Below the pieces are notes generated by a model. The model was not told where the DNA came from, did no database searches, and saw nothing but the letters and a program-made list of their open reading frames with translations. Of a stretch of 64,000 bases of DNA, positions 50,301 to 62,576 are shown piece after piece. The position numbers were made by a program, and so were the translations under genes. The number at the start of each line of letters is the position of its first letter. The stretch's first letter is position 1. The DNA is from Monocercomonoides exilis PA203 (Eukaryota; Protista; Preaxostyla), in assembly GCA_001643675.2 (NCBI GenBank), contig LSRY02000036.1, forward strand, positions 930,001 through 994,000, written 5' to 3'.

Positions 50301-51389
50301 GGAGCAGCAGATGGGGTGAATGGGAATGAAGACAGCGCAAATGGTGGGTCGCAGCTGAGCGGGCTGCGAATTGCGGAATTGTTGGAATTGAGGCAGTTCA
50401 GGAATAATCCGAGACACACTCCAGTTTATGCACAGCTGCTGACAGACGAGAGAAGGAAGAACTATTTGGAGATGATTGGCTGTGAGGAATGGCTGATTAT
50501 GGTTTGTGTTATGATCAATCAGGTGAAGATAGAATAATATGAGCGATGAAAGTATTAAAAGAATGATGTTATGTGTTCAGTAATTCTTTCTTTCTTTCTT
50601 TCCTTTTTTTTTTTTGACTATTTTTCATTGCCAATTTATTATCTTTGATATATTTCTTTTTGTATTTCAATATCATTTGTGGTGTTTCAGACTGACAGCA
50701 CAGTTGCCCCAGTCACAGGAATAGCGAGTGAATTTGACAAAGAAGGCTCATCAGCCAATCTTCCACCGTCAGATGCATCTTCCATCCCAGCTGCATTGAG
50801 AGGGAGTGTGACAGCACAGACAGCAGCTGCCAAAAAGCAGTCGCTCAACAACTCTGTCTCCTTCCAGCTGCTCTCATCAACTGCAGTCACACCTTCTTCC
50901 TCTTCCTCTTCCTCTTCTTCATCGGGAAGGAAGATGCCATTTGGAAGTGAGCAGCTGAGTGGAGAGAAAGAAGAGGCAGATGGAACAGACATTGCAAACA
51001 GAGAGAATATCAATGGAACAACAGGCACTCTTCCAAATGAGCACTCAGGAACAGCACTCACACTCATCCCAGAAGATGAAATTGATGCTGTGTGTATATT
51101 TTTTTTGATTTATTAACATTTATTTTAATTATTTTTTCTTTTAATTTAATTAATTAATTAATTAATTATTTATTTCATTTATTTCATTCACTTCTATCTG
51201 ATATAATACTCCTCTTATCTGTCTTCTCAGTCTATGATTGATCCAATGATTTATGGTGGACCGTTCAATCCATTTATTGTGCCACATGAATTCTTCCTCT
51301 CATTCTTTGCTGAAAGAGGCTTCCCAATGCCATCCACACCTTTCTCTGGAATACCAAATCCATCTCCTTCATATTCATCCTCCTCCTCA

Positions 51390-51427
<38 letters not shown>

Positions 51428-52826
51428 CACACCAATGCGTCCATTGTCTTCTTCCTCCTCCAATGCCACTTCACTCATTCCACCCCGTTCTGACTCCCCC
51501 TCTTTCCCCCACCGCACCAATGCTGAATCTGGCCCAGCTACAATCGGCGCCTTTTTGGCAGACAACGCCGATGCTGCTGCGAAGATGCCTGGAGGCAGCG
51601 ATGATTTGGAGAGGAAGGAGAAAGAAGAGACGGAACAGGCACTCCGCCAGCTGGGGCTGACCTATGACGATCTGCAGGAGAAGGAGTCGCTCAGATACTT
51701 CCCTCCCTTCAGCTACGAGCAGTGGGACAGCTTCTACACACAGATGAATGCGATGCTCACTCAGCAGATGTCTTCTTCCACAGCATCTCTCTCCTCCTCT
51801 TTCTCTTCCTCGTCGAATGCCTCTGTCTTTGTCTTCCCTCCTGTTCTGCATCGCATCCACTATCTCATTTCTGACTGCTTCAACAAGGGTGTCAGCGTGG
51901 AGTCGTTCTGCCGGCTGTATGATGCCTCTGTTGGGTGTGGGGTGCTTGGAGAGGAAGATCTGAGGCTGCCTCCATCTGTCGGAGGCGATGGAGACGAATG
52001 GCTTGTGCCGAGGAGGATGAACGAGGTGGCTGGGGAAGGGATGAGAGGAGGAGGGGCAGGCAGTGGAGAAGACAGAGATGGCAGTGAAGAGAAGGGAGGA
52101 AGGGCATCAGGAGACGGAGAGGAAGAAGGAGAAGGGGAAAGGAGGAGAAGAGGTGCTCGCTCAGATGCAGGGGACGATGATCTGAATGCGATGGACGATG
52201 AATACGAAGACGAGGAAGACGATATGAATGGAGGAGGAGGAGGAGGGAGAATGCGGAGAGGAGGAGATGGCTCATCCACATTGCAAGACGACGACATGAG
52301 CAATGATATGACAGACGAGGGAGACAACGATGGAGAAGAGGCAGGCAGAAGAGGTGGAGCGAACAATCGGCTGATGCGCAGTGTGGACTCGCTGGGTGAC
52401 TCTGTCTCGAGTGACGGCGCCTTCAGCCAGTTTGCTCTTCCACCGCAGCTGAGCAGCCTGCAGCGAGTGAAGCGGAGGCAGCAGCTGTGGGCGAGTGGGC
52501 ATTGGTGCAATGCATTCCACGGGGCGCTGCTGGGCTGTGCACTCAGCGTGAGAGACGAGGTGCGGGAGATGTTGTCACAGACAGGCCTCATTCTGGGCAG
52601 TGTTGGCGGGAGAGCGCTGCCCGAGACGATAGACAGGGCATTCATTGAGGTGGATGCGCTGGTTGACGGGTGGATGGCAGAGAACGGGATAGATGAGAAT
52701 GGAGAGGGAGGACTGGATGGAGGATTCACAATGGGCGACATGGGATGGGGCGATGATGGCACAGGAGATGGGCAAATTGAAGACGGAGGAGACGGATTCG
52801 ATGATGTTGGTGATGCTGACTTATAA
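47384..52826 (+). CDS. MYCBPAP: MYCBP-associated protein-like (ciliary, ASH/Ig-like domain), multi-exon
   Basis: N-terminal REENALKKWEQQQVEW..., and core QTIAVRNNGDSAVFYNWER...FSLDRTRGSLLPGEEQHFHFSFKCNTPGLF. ORFs 48299, 49704, 50679 and 51234 join through in-frame GT..AG introns. A 9-nt first exon is proposed at 47384. Confidence 0.78.
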
Positions 52827-53469
52827 GAGATAAGAGAAAAGAAAGGGGGAAAATAAAATTCACTTCATAGAAGCCAGAATCAAAGCGTTCTTCATATGCT
52901 TATTTTTATGTTCATTATTTTGACTAATGTTTTTATTTTTATTTTTTCTTAATAAACTGAACATTTTGAAAAAATGAATAAAAAAAAAGTAGAAAAATCA
53001 AAATTGAAGCTACAAAAAAGTATGAACAAGAAAATTTATGGTTAATGATAGAACAATAATAACACGAACTCGCTTTATTCATAGAATTTAAAAAATATAT
53101 TTCTGATGAGCATTTTCACACTTATAAAGAAATATTTTTAACAGTTTCTAAGAAAGAAAGAACTCCTTCATTAAAAAGTTGAATATTTATAATAATACGT
53201 TTGAAATGTTTGATGATAGGTCAGCTCTTGCAAAAATCAGAAACACAACATAAATTAAAAATTTTCTCTTTTGGTTTTCTTTGTAGCCTTGGGAACAGAA
53301 TTTAGGAAAAATTGATAAATTACCAAAACATTCATGTCACAATCACGAATCATGACTTTTTTTATATTTTTTTTTTTATGAATAATAATGTTTATGATTC
53401 AGAAGATTTTGACAAAAAAATTTGAATGATGGTTGTCACAAACATTTATAATTTTGCTCATTCGCAGCA

Positions 53470-56400
53470 ATGGGCAAACAAATAACCACAGACTCTTCTA
53501 AACTTAAAAGTGCCTCAATTGTTCAAGAAAAAAATGTTGATGATGACTTGCATCTTCAAAATTCCAGTGAAATTCAAAGCGTTTGTGAAATTTGACATTA
53601 TTGAAAATATTTTAAAACCATCACAATTTATAAACAATATATCGTCGCTTATGGAACATATTTTAACAGGAAAATGCAGCGCCACAGATAAATGAAAAAA
53701 GTGCCACAAAGAAAGTCGTTCTTTTAGGATTGTCATTTTGTTGCATCTTTATTGCGACACAGACATCTTTGAACTATATGACCACTTTCTTTGCTGATTA
53801 TGCATCAATTGTTCTGTGCCTTTATGGTGTTGTGAATGCGATTTATGGATTGCTCTGTCCTGTGGTCAAGCATTATATTGGAATTATTGGCTCATTTAGA
53901 GTAGCTGCAATAGCTGGTCTTATTTTTGTTGCTATGTGTTTATTTTGCCTGATTGTCGTTTTCACACAACAGTCCCTTCCGACGTTTGGAATCGTTCTTC
54001 TATTTATTGGAGCAGTATTTTATGGAATGAGTTATGCAACACTGTGGTTTTGTTGGTCAGCATATATGGATGAAATAACGACTATTGATACTAGAGGAAA
54101 ACTTTCTGGATTGTTTTATGCAATATTTTATGCAAATTCACCACTTGGAAACTTTTTGGGATCTATTTTATTTTCTGTTGGATTTGAAAAGTATCAGATG
54201 CTTATTGTTCTGACTGCATTTTGTGTGATCGGAGTTGTTCTTATGTTTTTTGTGAGAACAAACAGCAAGAAAGACGAAAAGCACGAGCCACAAAAATCTT
54301 CATCCACAAAGAATGAAGCGAATGATAATGATCCAGAGAAAGGAAGAGGCACAGGCGGTTCATCTAACATCAGAGATGCAACTGAATCTCCAGCTCCAAA
54401 GCAAAACGATGCCTTTGTACGAAAAGATTCGATGAAAATGTCAACAACGTCTTTAAAACTGAAAGGCAAGCATTATGTTTCATTGAGTGACTTCGATGGA
54501 ACTGTTCCTGTTCCTGCTCATTCACATCTCGCATCTTCATCCACTGCCTCAAACTCTGGCTTTTCATCTTCACCTTCTTCAGCTGCTTCAATTCACAATA
54601 TGTCAACTGTATCTTCATCACCACATGTTTCTTCCTCATCTTCATCGACATCTCCCTCATCTCCATCTGCTGCTGCCACATCATCTCTCAGACCACCTCG
54701 TCCAACAACACTTTCTTCTTCTTCGTTAGCACCTCATTCGCCTTCCGTAACTCCTCAGCCATCAACACCATCTCTGGCGCTTAATCCACTAGTCAACCAG
54801 AAGTCTCACTCGACACTTCCTGATGCTCTGATTGATGAAGATCGAGAGGGCGATGCAGATGCTGATGGAGAAGGAGAAGGAGACCAGCTGGTTGTGGCTG
54901 TGGTGGGAAAGAGCAGAAGCAAGAAGAGAGCATCAAATGCAGCAGCAGTTGTGGGGAGGAAAGACAGTTTGGCTGACACTTCAAAGGAAAGTGCAATTAG
55001 AGCTGAAGACGAAGACGACGATGACGAGGATGAAGATGAAGGAAACGATGCACAGATAGTTGATGCAGACACACAGAAGAAAGAAGAACAGGTGATCAAA
55101 CAAGAACCTGAAGCAGAAGACGAAGACGATGAAGATGACGACGACTTTGAGGATGATAGAGACAGAACAGATGAAAATGGAATGGTTGATGAAATTGTGG
55201 CAGATGATGATGAGGAGCTTTCAGAAGAAGACGACGATGATCAGAACAATCAGACCCTCCGCCTTCCTTCTTCATATTCAACATCATCGCTGAGCAGACC
55301 CAAACTCGGCCCAGTATCTCCTGACCCAGCTGAGTCACCGGCACCCGAATTCTCACCGAAGGAGTATTTCCGCGACTTGTGGGAGATTATCCTCACACCT
55401 GGCTCATACCCAGTCTGCCTGGCATATTCGCTGTATCATCTTATCGGATGCTATCTTGTGTCTGTGATGACAAAACATCTGACACCTGAGCAGCAGGGGC
55501 TGTTTGTGGGAATTGGCTTTGGACTGAGTGGGATCTTTCTGATGATCGGCTCAATCGCATTTGGCCACATCGTAGACAAGTTCAGCAAGCGGACATCGCT
55601 CTTCATAAACTTTGTGGTTGTGATCCTCACAATCATATCAGCATGGGTCTTTCACATTGTCAGTCCTTCTCTTCCTGGCTTCAAAGTGTTCATGTTCTGT
55701 TTGACACTTTGCTTGTATGGCTTTGAAAACAGCGGATTGGATGTGAACTTCTTCTGGCTGAGCATCGAGACAAACAAGATGAACCCAATGGCCTATTTCC
55801 AGTACTGCCGCGTCTTTTCAAACGGAACTTATGGAATTGTTGGTCTGATTTCACAATGGCTGTGGAACGAACCATTCTTCTTCCTCATTCTGAACATGTT
55901 TTTGACCTTTGTTGTTATGCTGCTGATGTGGAACACCGATGTTACTGTGTTCTCATTCTCGAAGATGACAAAGGAGGCGCTGATCAAAGAAATAATACGT
56001 GATCCAACTCAGCTGCAGCTTACAGAAAGAGACGTAGAAACGATTCCAATTGTGGCATCAGTTGCATCAGTGCACCATCTGCAGGCAATGGAGCGCCTCA
56101 GCTCTCTTCAGCACATTACATCAATGAAACGTATCGAAAGAGAGTTGAGTCATCAAATGCTACCAAAAGAAGGAGGCACTTTGAGCAGGTCGAACACACG
56201 AGGATCAATGCAACGATTGGGAAGTGGCATGATGGGAACGAATGGGACGATGTCTTCTGCATCGATGCTGGCAATGCGAGGAAGCCAGTCGCAACTCGGA
56301 GGATTAGGACCGTATTACAATCCATCCTATTTGTCACTCGCCAGACAAGGAGCACTCAGCTCGTCCACTCTGAGCATGACATCACTGCACCAGCAACAGC

Positions 56401-58937
56401 CACATCCACAGCAGCCTCGTGTGAGAGGAAGATATGCTGACCAGCGGGGTGCTCTATCTTCTGTGACGTCGCTCTCAACTCTGAGCAACGATGGAACAGG
56501 AGGAGGAAGAAGCGGGATAGCTCCTGGGCGTGTCTATGCAGATGCCTTCAGCAATGGCACAGGAGGCGCAGTTACTCGGCAGCGACGCTCGGAAATGGGG
56601 CAGCGTGGGTCGTCTGGTGAGATTGATGCGCGCGCAATGACCTCATCCTCACTCTCATCCTCCTTCAACATCCAGTCGCCTGCGTCAGAAACGACAGATT
56701 CGTCTATTTCTTCATCTGCTCCACTGAATTCAAGAAAAAGGCTTCAGAAGAAAAAATCAGGTGGAAACTCTCCAGCTTCGCCTGGCTTTACCTCATCTGC
56801 TTTTTCTTCTGGTTCTCTCCAAACTGCTGAGAGCCCCCGAACATCTGGTCAAATGGACAATCGCTCAGAAAAGGCAAAACTGCAACAGATTTCAAGCAAA
56901 GGAAGGCTGAAGCCAAAGGCAGGACTACTTGGCCCTTCTTATGCTGCTTCATCCAACACTGCTGCTTTTCCAGTGGCAGCAACTGGCACATATTTGAGTT
57001 CGACTATTCCAACATCTGCATCATATTTGGGTTCATCCTTTGCACTTGGCTCGAGATATGGCTCTTCTGCTCTGCTGATGACAACTGGTGGTGGAGCAGG
57101 CAATGTGCCTGTGCCTGTGCCTGTTCCAATTCCAGTTGGAGGTAGAAGAGACGAAGGTGCATATGCACCGTCTGTAACATCAACTTCTCCAATTCATCCA
57201 ACTGGAATGTCTCTTGCAATGTCCTCTTCATTCTCGTCTATTCCGGTGGCTGGCCATGCCATTCCACCAACACTCGAAGTAATGGATGGATGTACTGTTG
57301 ATGGAACACAGCAACCGATGCTTGTTGAACCAGCAATGTCAAACACAGAAAAGGAAAAGAAGACAAAGAAAGGCAAAAAAGGGAAAGATGGACTTAACAG
57401 ACAAGGGAGCCAAGCATTTCCATCAGGTTCTCCTTCAGCCAGCACAGCACAATTACACACATCAGCCTCAAAGAACAGCAGAATGTTTCAACAGCAGTCA
57501 TCTATTCCTTCGTCATCATCAAATCTATCTCGTTCACTCTCTCAGTACAAGTCAGCCTTTCCTGTGATGTTCCCACCATCCATCTCTGCGTCCAACTTGA
57601 TGTCTTCACTCGCTCAGTCACATCCTGTTCTCCACCGCAAAACAGAAGAAACACTTCCTCCACCGCTTTCAAGGCCAGCTATCACAACAGAGCTGATCAG
57701 AAAGGCAGAAAGCGAAGCAGAACTCGGAAGAGACGAATATACATACGAAGACGAAAGGGAAAGCGATGATGAGAATGGAGAAGTGTGGAAAGAGCGCATC
57801 AACGAAGATGGCAGCAGAATCGAAGAGCAGAGCCCACAAACAGGACAAGATTTGGGCGATGAGAATCGTCCTCTTCGTCAAGGCGACCAAAAGCCAAAAG
57901 CGAATCCCAAACAAAAGCGCATTGCTGGCTCGAAAAGTCGGTCTCTGCTTCAGCCAAAAGGAGGCATTCGAGGAGAGATGGGGCTGTTTGTGTCGTCTCA
58001 GAGCATCGGACTTGGGATGAATGAGCGGGTGAAGGAATACCAGAGAGAAAAGAGGAGAGAAATGGAAAGGAAAGAAGAGGTGAGCGCTGAAAATCAGTTG
58101 GTGCAGCAGGCGATGGATGGAATTGGAATGTCTGAATATGACTCAGGTGCTGTTGTGATTGGCGATGCAGTGACTGACAATCAACAGGCAGGAATAGGAT
58201 TGGATGTGGTGAACGAGGAAGATGAAAGAGAGGCATATGAAGAAGGCGAGGCAGGTTTGAATATTCCTCAAGCAGAGGTTGGCGGAAGAGAAGAAGAAGA
58301 AGATGACGACGACGATGATGATGAGTCGCTTGCTGCAGACGATGGAAAAGAGGCGATTGAATTGAACGAGCACAACATCACCTTCTTCCCTCCAACTGTT
58401 TCGTTCCCAGCATTTGTACCAGTTCAATCATCACAGCAACCGTCTTCACTTTCTGCTTCCAGCTCTTCTCCTTCTTCTGGTGCACTTTCATCAGAAACCA
58501 CGGGCGCTAATATTCCTTCAACGGGATCAGCTATTTCAACATCTGGTTTGTCTGACAGCGTATCTTCACAGTCATCAATCTATCCACAAGCAACAATTGA
58601 GCCATCAGCAGATTCAATGATTGCATCCCCCTCTTCCTCTGCTCTTCCTTCAACAGCCGCATCTGATCCATTTTCTGATCTGCATCCGATGCTCACTGCA
58701 CAGCTGGTCAGTGTTGCGCTGTCTGCGTCTGCTGAAACAGGCGCTGTCCGTCCGTCTTTTGGAGCACCTGTGCAGAGTTCACCGCTTGTGTCTATTCCTC
58801 AGCCAGTGGAACAGCCAGAGACATTTCCAACAAGAGCATCTCAGGCACAGTTGCAGATGGAACACACAAACAATGAGGAATCTGCTAATTCTGCGACTTC
58901 GGATGAGCATGCTTTTGATGGAAAAGAGGAAAAGTAA
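53470..58937 (+). CDS. UNC-93-like MFS transporter/channel regulator with greatly expanded central loop and C-tail
   Basis: Two six-TM halves (LSFCCIFIATQT...GMSYATLWFCWSAYMDEITTIDTRGKLSGLFYAI; GSIAFGHIVDKFSKR, similar to MFS motif A). Exon 1 from ATG 53470 splices GTTTGT..AACAG. Confidence 0.82.
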
Positions 58938-60115
58938 TAATTGCCGAATGACTTTCATCTGGAGAACGAAATTTCTTTTAATTCAAACAGTTTATTCAAA
59001 TTGATATTATTTTATTTAACAAGCGGATATTAAACATGATTGCCGTTCTGCTACGCTCTTCTCATGCTGTGGAATACTTCAGAATTTGGAACATTCATCA
59101 TTTTATTCGGTTATTTAGCCAATTTCACCAGGTCAGAGAAACATGATTGCTTCCATAAAAGCAACTTGATCTATAAGCACCAAATTCATTTTTTTAGCTT
59201 TTTGTTAGTTTTATTATTTTTATTGACGCTCAGTTGAAATGCACATTCATAAACAAAGTTTTGTTTCCAGTTTTTTGTTCGTTTTCTTGCTTGATCGTAT
59301 TTTTCTTGCTAATATACATTTAGTTTACTTGCAGAATTTCAAAATTACAATTATTATTTTGTTTATTTCATACTTACGATCTGTTTATCTTGTCATCTTT
59401 TAGGCTGCAGCGTCTTCTTCTGTTTAAAGCTTTTATTCACTGCCTTGCTAGACATTTATAATTGCAGTAGAGCATTTATGAATTTATGTTAGAAATCATT
59501 TTGTATTATTTTGTTATAGTTTTATTTTTTCCCCCCTTATCTTTGACATTTTAGTGATGTTTCACAGCTTTATGTTTGATAAAGATATTTTATGAAGAGC
59601 ACATTTCTTGAACATGCATTGCGCGTTATGCGATTTATTGATCCTCATTTCGCCTGGATGAACTTCATAATATTCACTTCACATGACATATCGTCTGCAT
59701 TCATTCAAGAAATCTTTCATAATCAATGGAAGTCTTTATTCAAACAACAAACAGCTAATCAGCTTTTTTAATCAAGTTATAAAATTAGAATATTTATTTA
59801 TTTATTTATGATGTTATGAGCAAAATGGAAACTAAAATGAAAGGAAAACAAGGAAAAATATGATTCAAGAAGAAGGAAAAAAAGCGAAGCTTTCACAAAC
59901 ACAATCTGCAATTTGTTAAAAGAGAGTGAAATTATTTGAAATGAAGCATTGATTCCAAAAGTGACATTTTTGTAAGAAGCAAACAAAAAATTCAATGGAA
60001 GAGATTATAAGATACTTGAGGTTGAAATCTTCTTTTGAATAACAAGAATAAGATTTTCGGGTGTTTCTTATTTCTTTTATAAATGTTTTATCAAACGAAT
60101 AAGAATGGCTCATCT

Positions 60116-61779
60116 TCAGCTTTCTGAGCCTTTTGCTTCAGTTTCTTTAATGTTCTGCTCTCCTTCATCATCTTTTTTGTTATTATCAGCATTTTGCGTT
60201 ATTTTGCTATTGTCAATGCCCTCAATTTTTCCCCCTTCTTCTTTTGAACGAGCCTTCTTTGCTTCTTCTGCTTTCCTCGCTTTCATTTCCATCATCAGCT
60301 CCAATCTGCTTTTCCCTCTCTTCTTTGTCTCAGCATGATCTGCATCCTCATTCTTCTCTTCATTCCTAATAAGTGTTATGCCAGAAACACCTGTGCGCGT
60401 TGGACTCTGCAAAAAAGGCTGTGGAGAAGTTGAACTTAGTAATGGCGATGTAGGAGATGATGGTGATGTTCCACAAAATCCAATTCTTGCTTCACTTTTC
60501 AATCGTTCAATTCCCATCATTTCTTTGCTCTTCCCATCTAAACTAGTTTCTTTATGCATCCCGAATCTGTTTTCCTCTTCGTCGTTGTTGCTCCGATAAT
60601 CTGTTTCATCTTTCTTTTCGTTTTGCATCACTGAAGCTCCACCAACACCAATTCCGCTTGATCTCATCAGCCTTCCCAGCTCTTCAAAGTCTCCAAATAA
60701 GACGCTCTTGTTGTCAGGCTGCCGCAACACAGCTGCTGGATGCAGCGTCGGAAACACCCGCACACGCTTCGCAGCTCCAGGAAGTGCAATCATCCTTACC
60801 TTTCCATGTTCAGAAAGAATCCCTCCAATTTTTTCTCCTGTGGTGCTTTTGTTGACGCCACACTGAAATCCCGCAAGAACAAACTTTGCTGCGAAATTTC
60901 CTAATGCCACCACCCACTCTGGACAGATGATTTGCAGCTGCTCCAAAAGATAAGGTGTGTGCTCTTTCATCTCATCTGCCCGTGGATTTCGCATTCCAGG
61001 TGCGGCATACTTAAGGATGTTACATATATACACATCTCCAATACTCAAACCAGCTACTCCAAGCAATTGCCCCAAAAGTCGTCCAGATGCACCCACAAAT
61101 GGAACACCTTGTCTGTCTTCTTCGGGGCCTGGCCCTTCTCCAATTAGAACGATCTTAGCACACGGGTTTCCACTACCAAACACAAGTCGTTGAGCTGTAT
61201 CTCGAAGTGCTCTAATCGATGATATTTGCATTAATGGCGAGTTGAAAAGTAGCAAAACGAAAGAAATGAATGAAAATCAGAACAAACGAAACAAAGCAGT
61301 TCCAAGAAACAACAATATAATTAAATAGTTTATTTTTAGAAAAAAACAAAGATGAAAAATCGTTTGAAAAATAAACAAGTTGATTTAAAGGTTGTTCATT
61401 CAAAAAATTGTTTGATTTTATGAAATGGTTATATTTAAGAAGAAGAAGAAGAAGAAAAAAAAAAAAAAAATAAGCTTTTAAACGAAAGAACAAAAAATTT
61501 AACAAACAATGTTTTGTTTCCTTCAATTCTCTTTCTGAGTTCCTCCAATCTATACACTTTTTCTTCACGGCTCAGGGTTATACTTCCTTTTGTACTTCCT
61601 GAACAAGCTTTAAAAAAGCTCGAAATATCTCGCATGACTCCGCCATCAGGTTTTTTGGCAATTCCATCATTTCTTTGCTCTATGTGTGTTTTTTCCTCAC
61701 CATTTTCTTTATTCACTTGATAACTCTTTTCATCTCTAATTGGGTATTCGTCACTTTTCAGTTTGTATTCTGCATGCAT
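60116..61779 (-). CDS. Family-4 (prokaryotic-type) uracil-DNA glycosylase, 2 exons
   Basis: LVFGSGNPCAKIVLIGEGPGPEEDRQGVPFVGASG, VYICNILKY, VVALGNFA and FPTLHPAAVLR. Intron 61507-61212 (GTTTGT..ATTAG) joins KT-L-ALRDTA in frame. Start codon is tentative. Confidence 0.93.
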
Positions 61780-62576
61780 TGAAATTTTATTCTCGTTTTC
61801 AAATCAGTTAAAAAATTTTCTTGTGGGTACAAACTTTAAGAATGAGAGCATTTTATTAATATCTTCAATTTCATAATGGACAAAGAACTTTTAATTATTT
61901 ACATAACTAACAATGCTAAAATAGAAAAAATAACAAATATGAAATGAGTTTGAATTATTATAATTAGCAAATCAAAAATCGCAGCAAATATATTCAAAAT
62001 TAGAGTTAGAACATCTTATTTGTAGTAATTTTGTAACATTTTAAAGCAGATGCTAAATATTAACTTAACGCAAACACACAAACATGGAAATAATATTTAG
62101 ATAAACAAAAATATCAAATAATTATTTTCTTACTGATAAAAAAAGAAATCAGAATTCAAAAAATTCAATATTCTTTTAATGTTTTCTTCTTAATAGTTTA
62201 AAGATGATCAGTTACATGTTGAAGATGCCTCATTTAAAAAAAAGACAAAACTGTTGAACAAATGTTAGAAACAAGTGTGTCATTAAAACAGAATCTTTCA
62301 AACACCAAGTTCCCAATACTCAAGCTAAAACCAACAAATTATTTGAGTTTGTCAGAAAAAGGTTTGATGAAATTTATTTTTAATTTTAATTTTGAAAAAA
62401 AAAACATTTCCAACTAAAATAAATAAGCAATACTCAAATTTTTATATTAAAACGGATTTCATCGATTAAATATTAAAATAATTCTATAAATGTACGATAA
62501 CAACATGAAAAATACATTTTATTAGTGAAAATAAACACTCAAAAAGCTATATGACACAGAAAATATAAATTGTGAT

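Noticed and set aside
60116-61255. Bacterial contamination or prophage explaining the UDG
   Set aside because: The gene has a spliceosomal intron, a host-style low-complexity tail and eukaryotic neighbours, and no other prokaryotic or viral genes are nearby.
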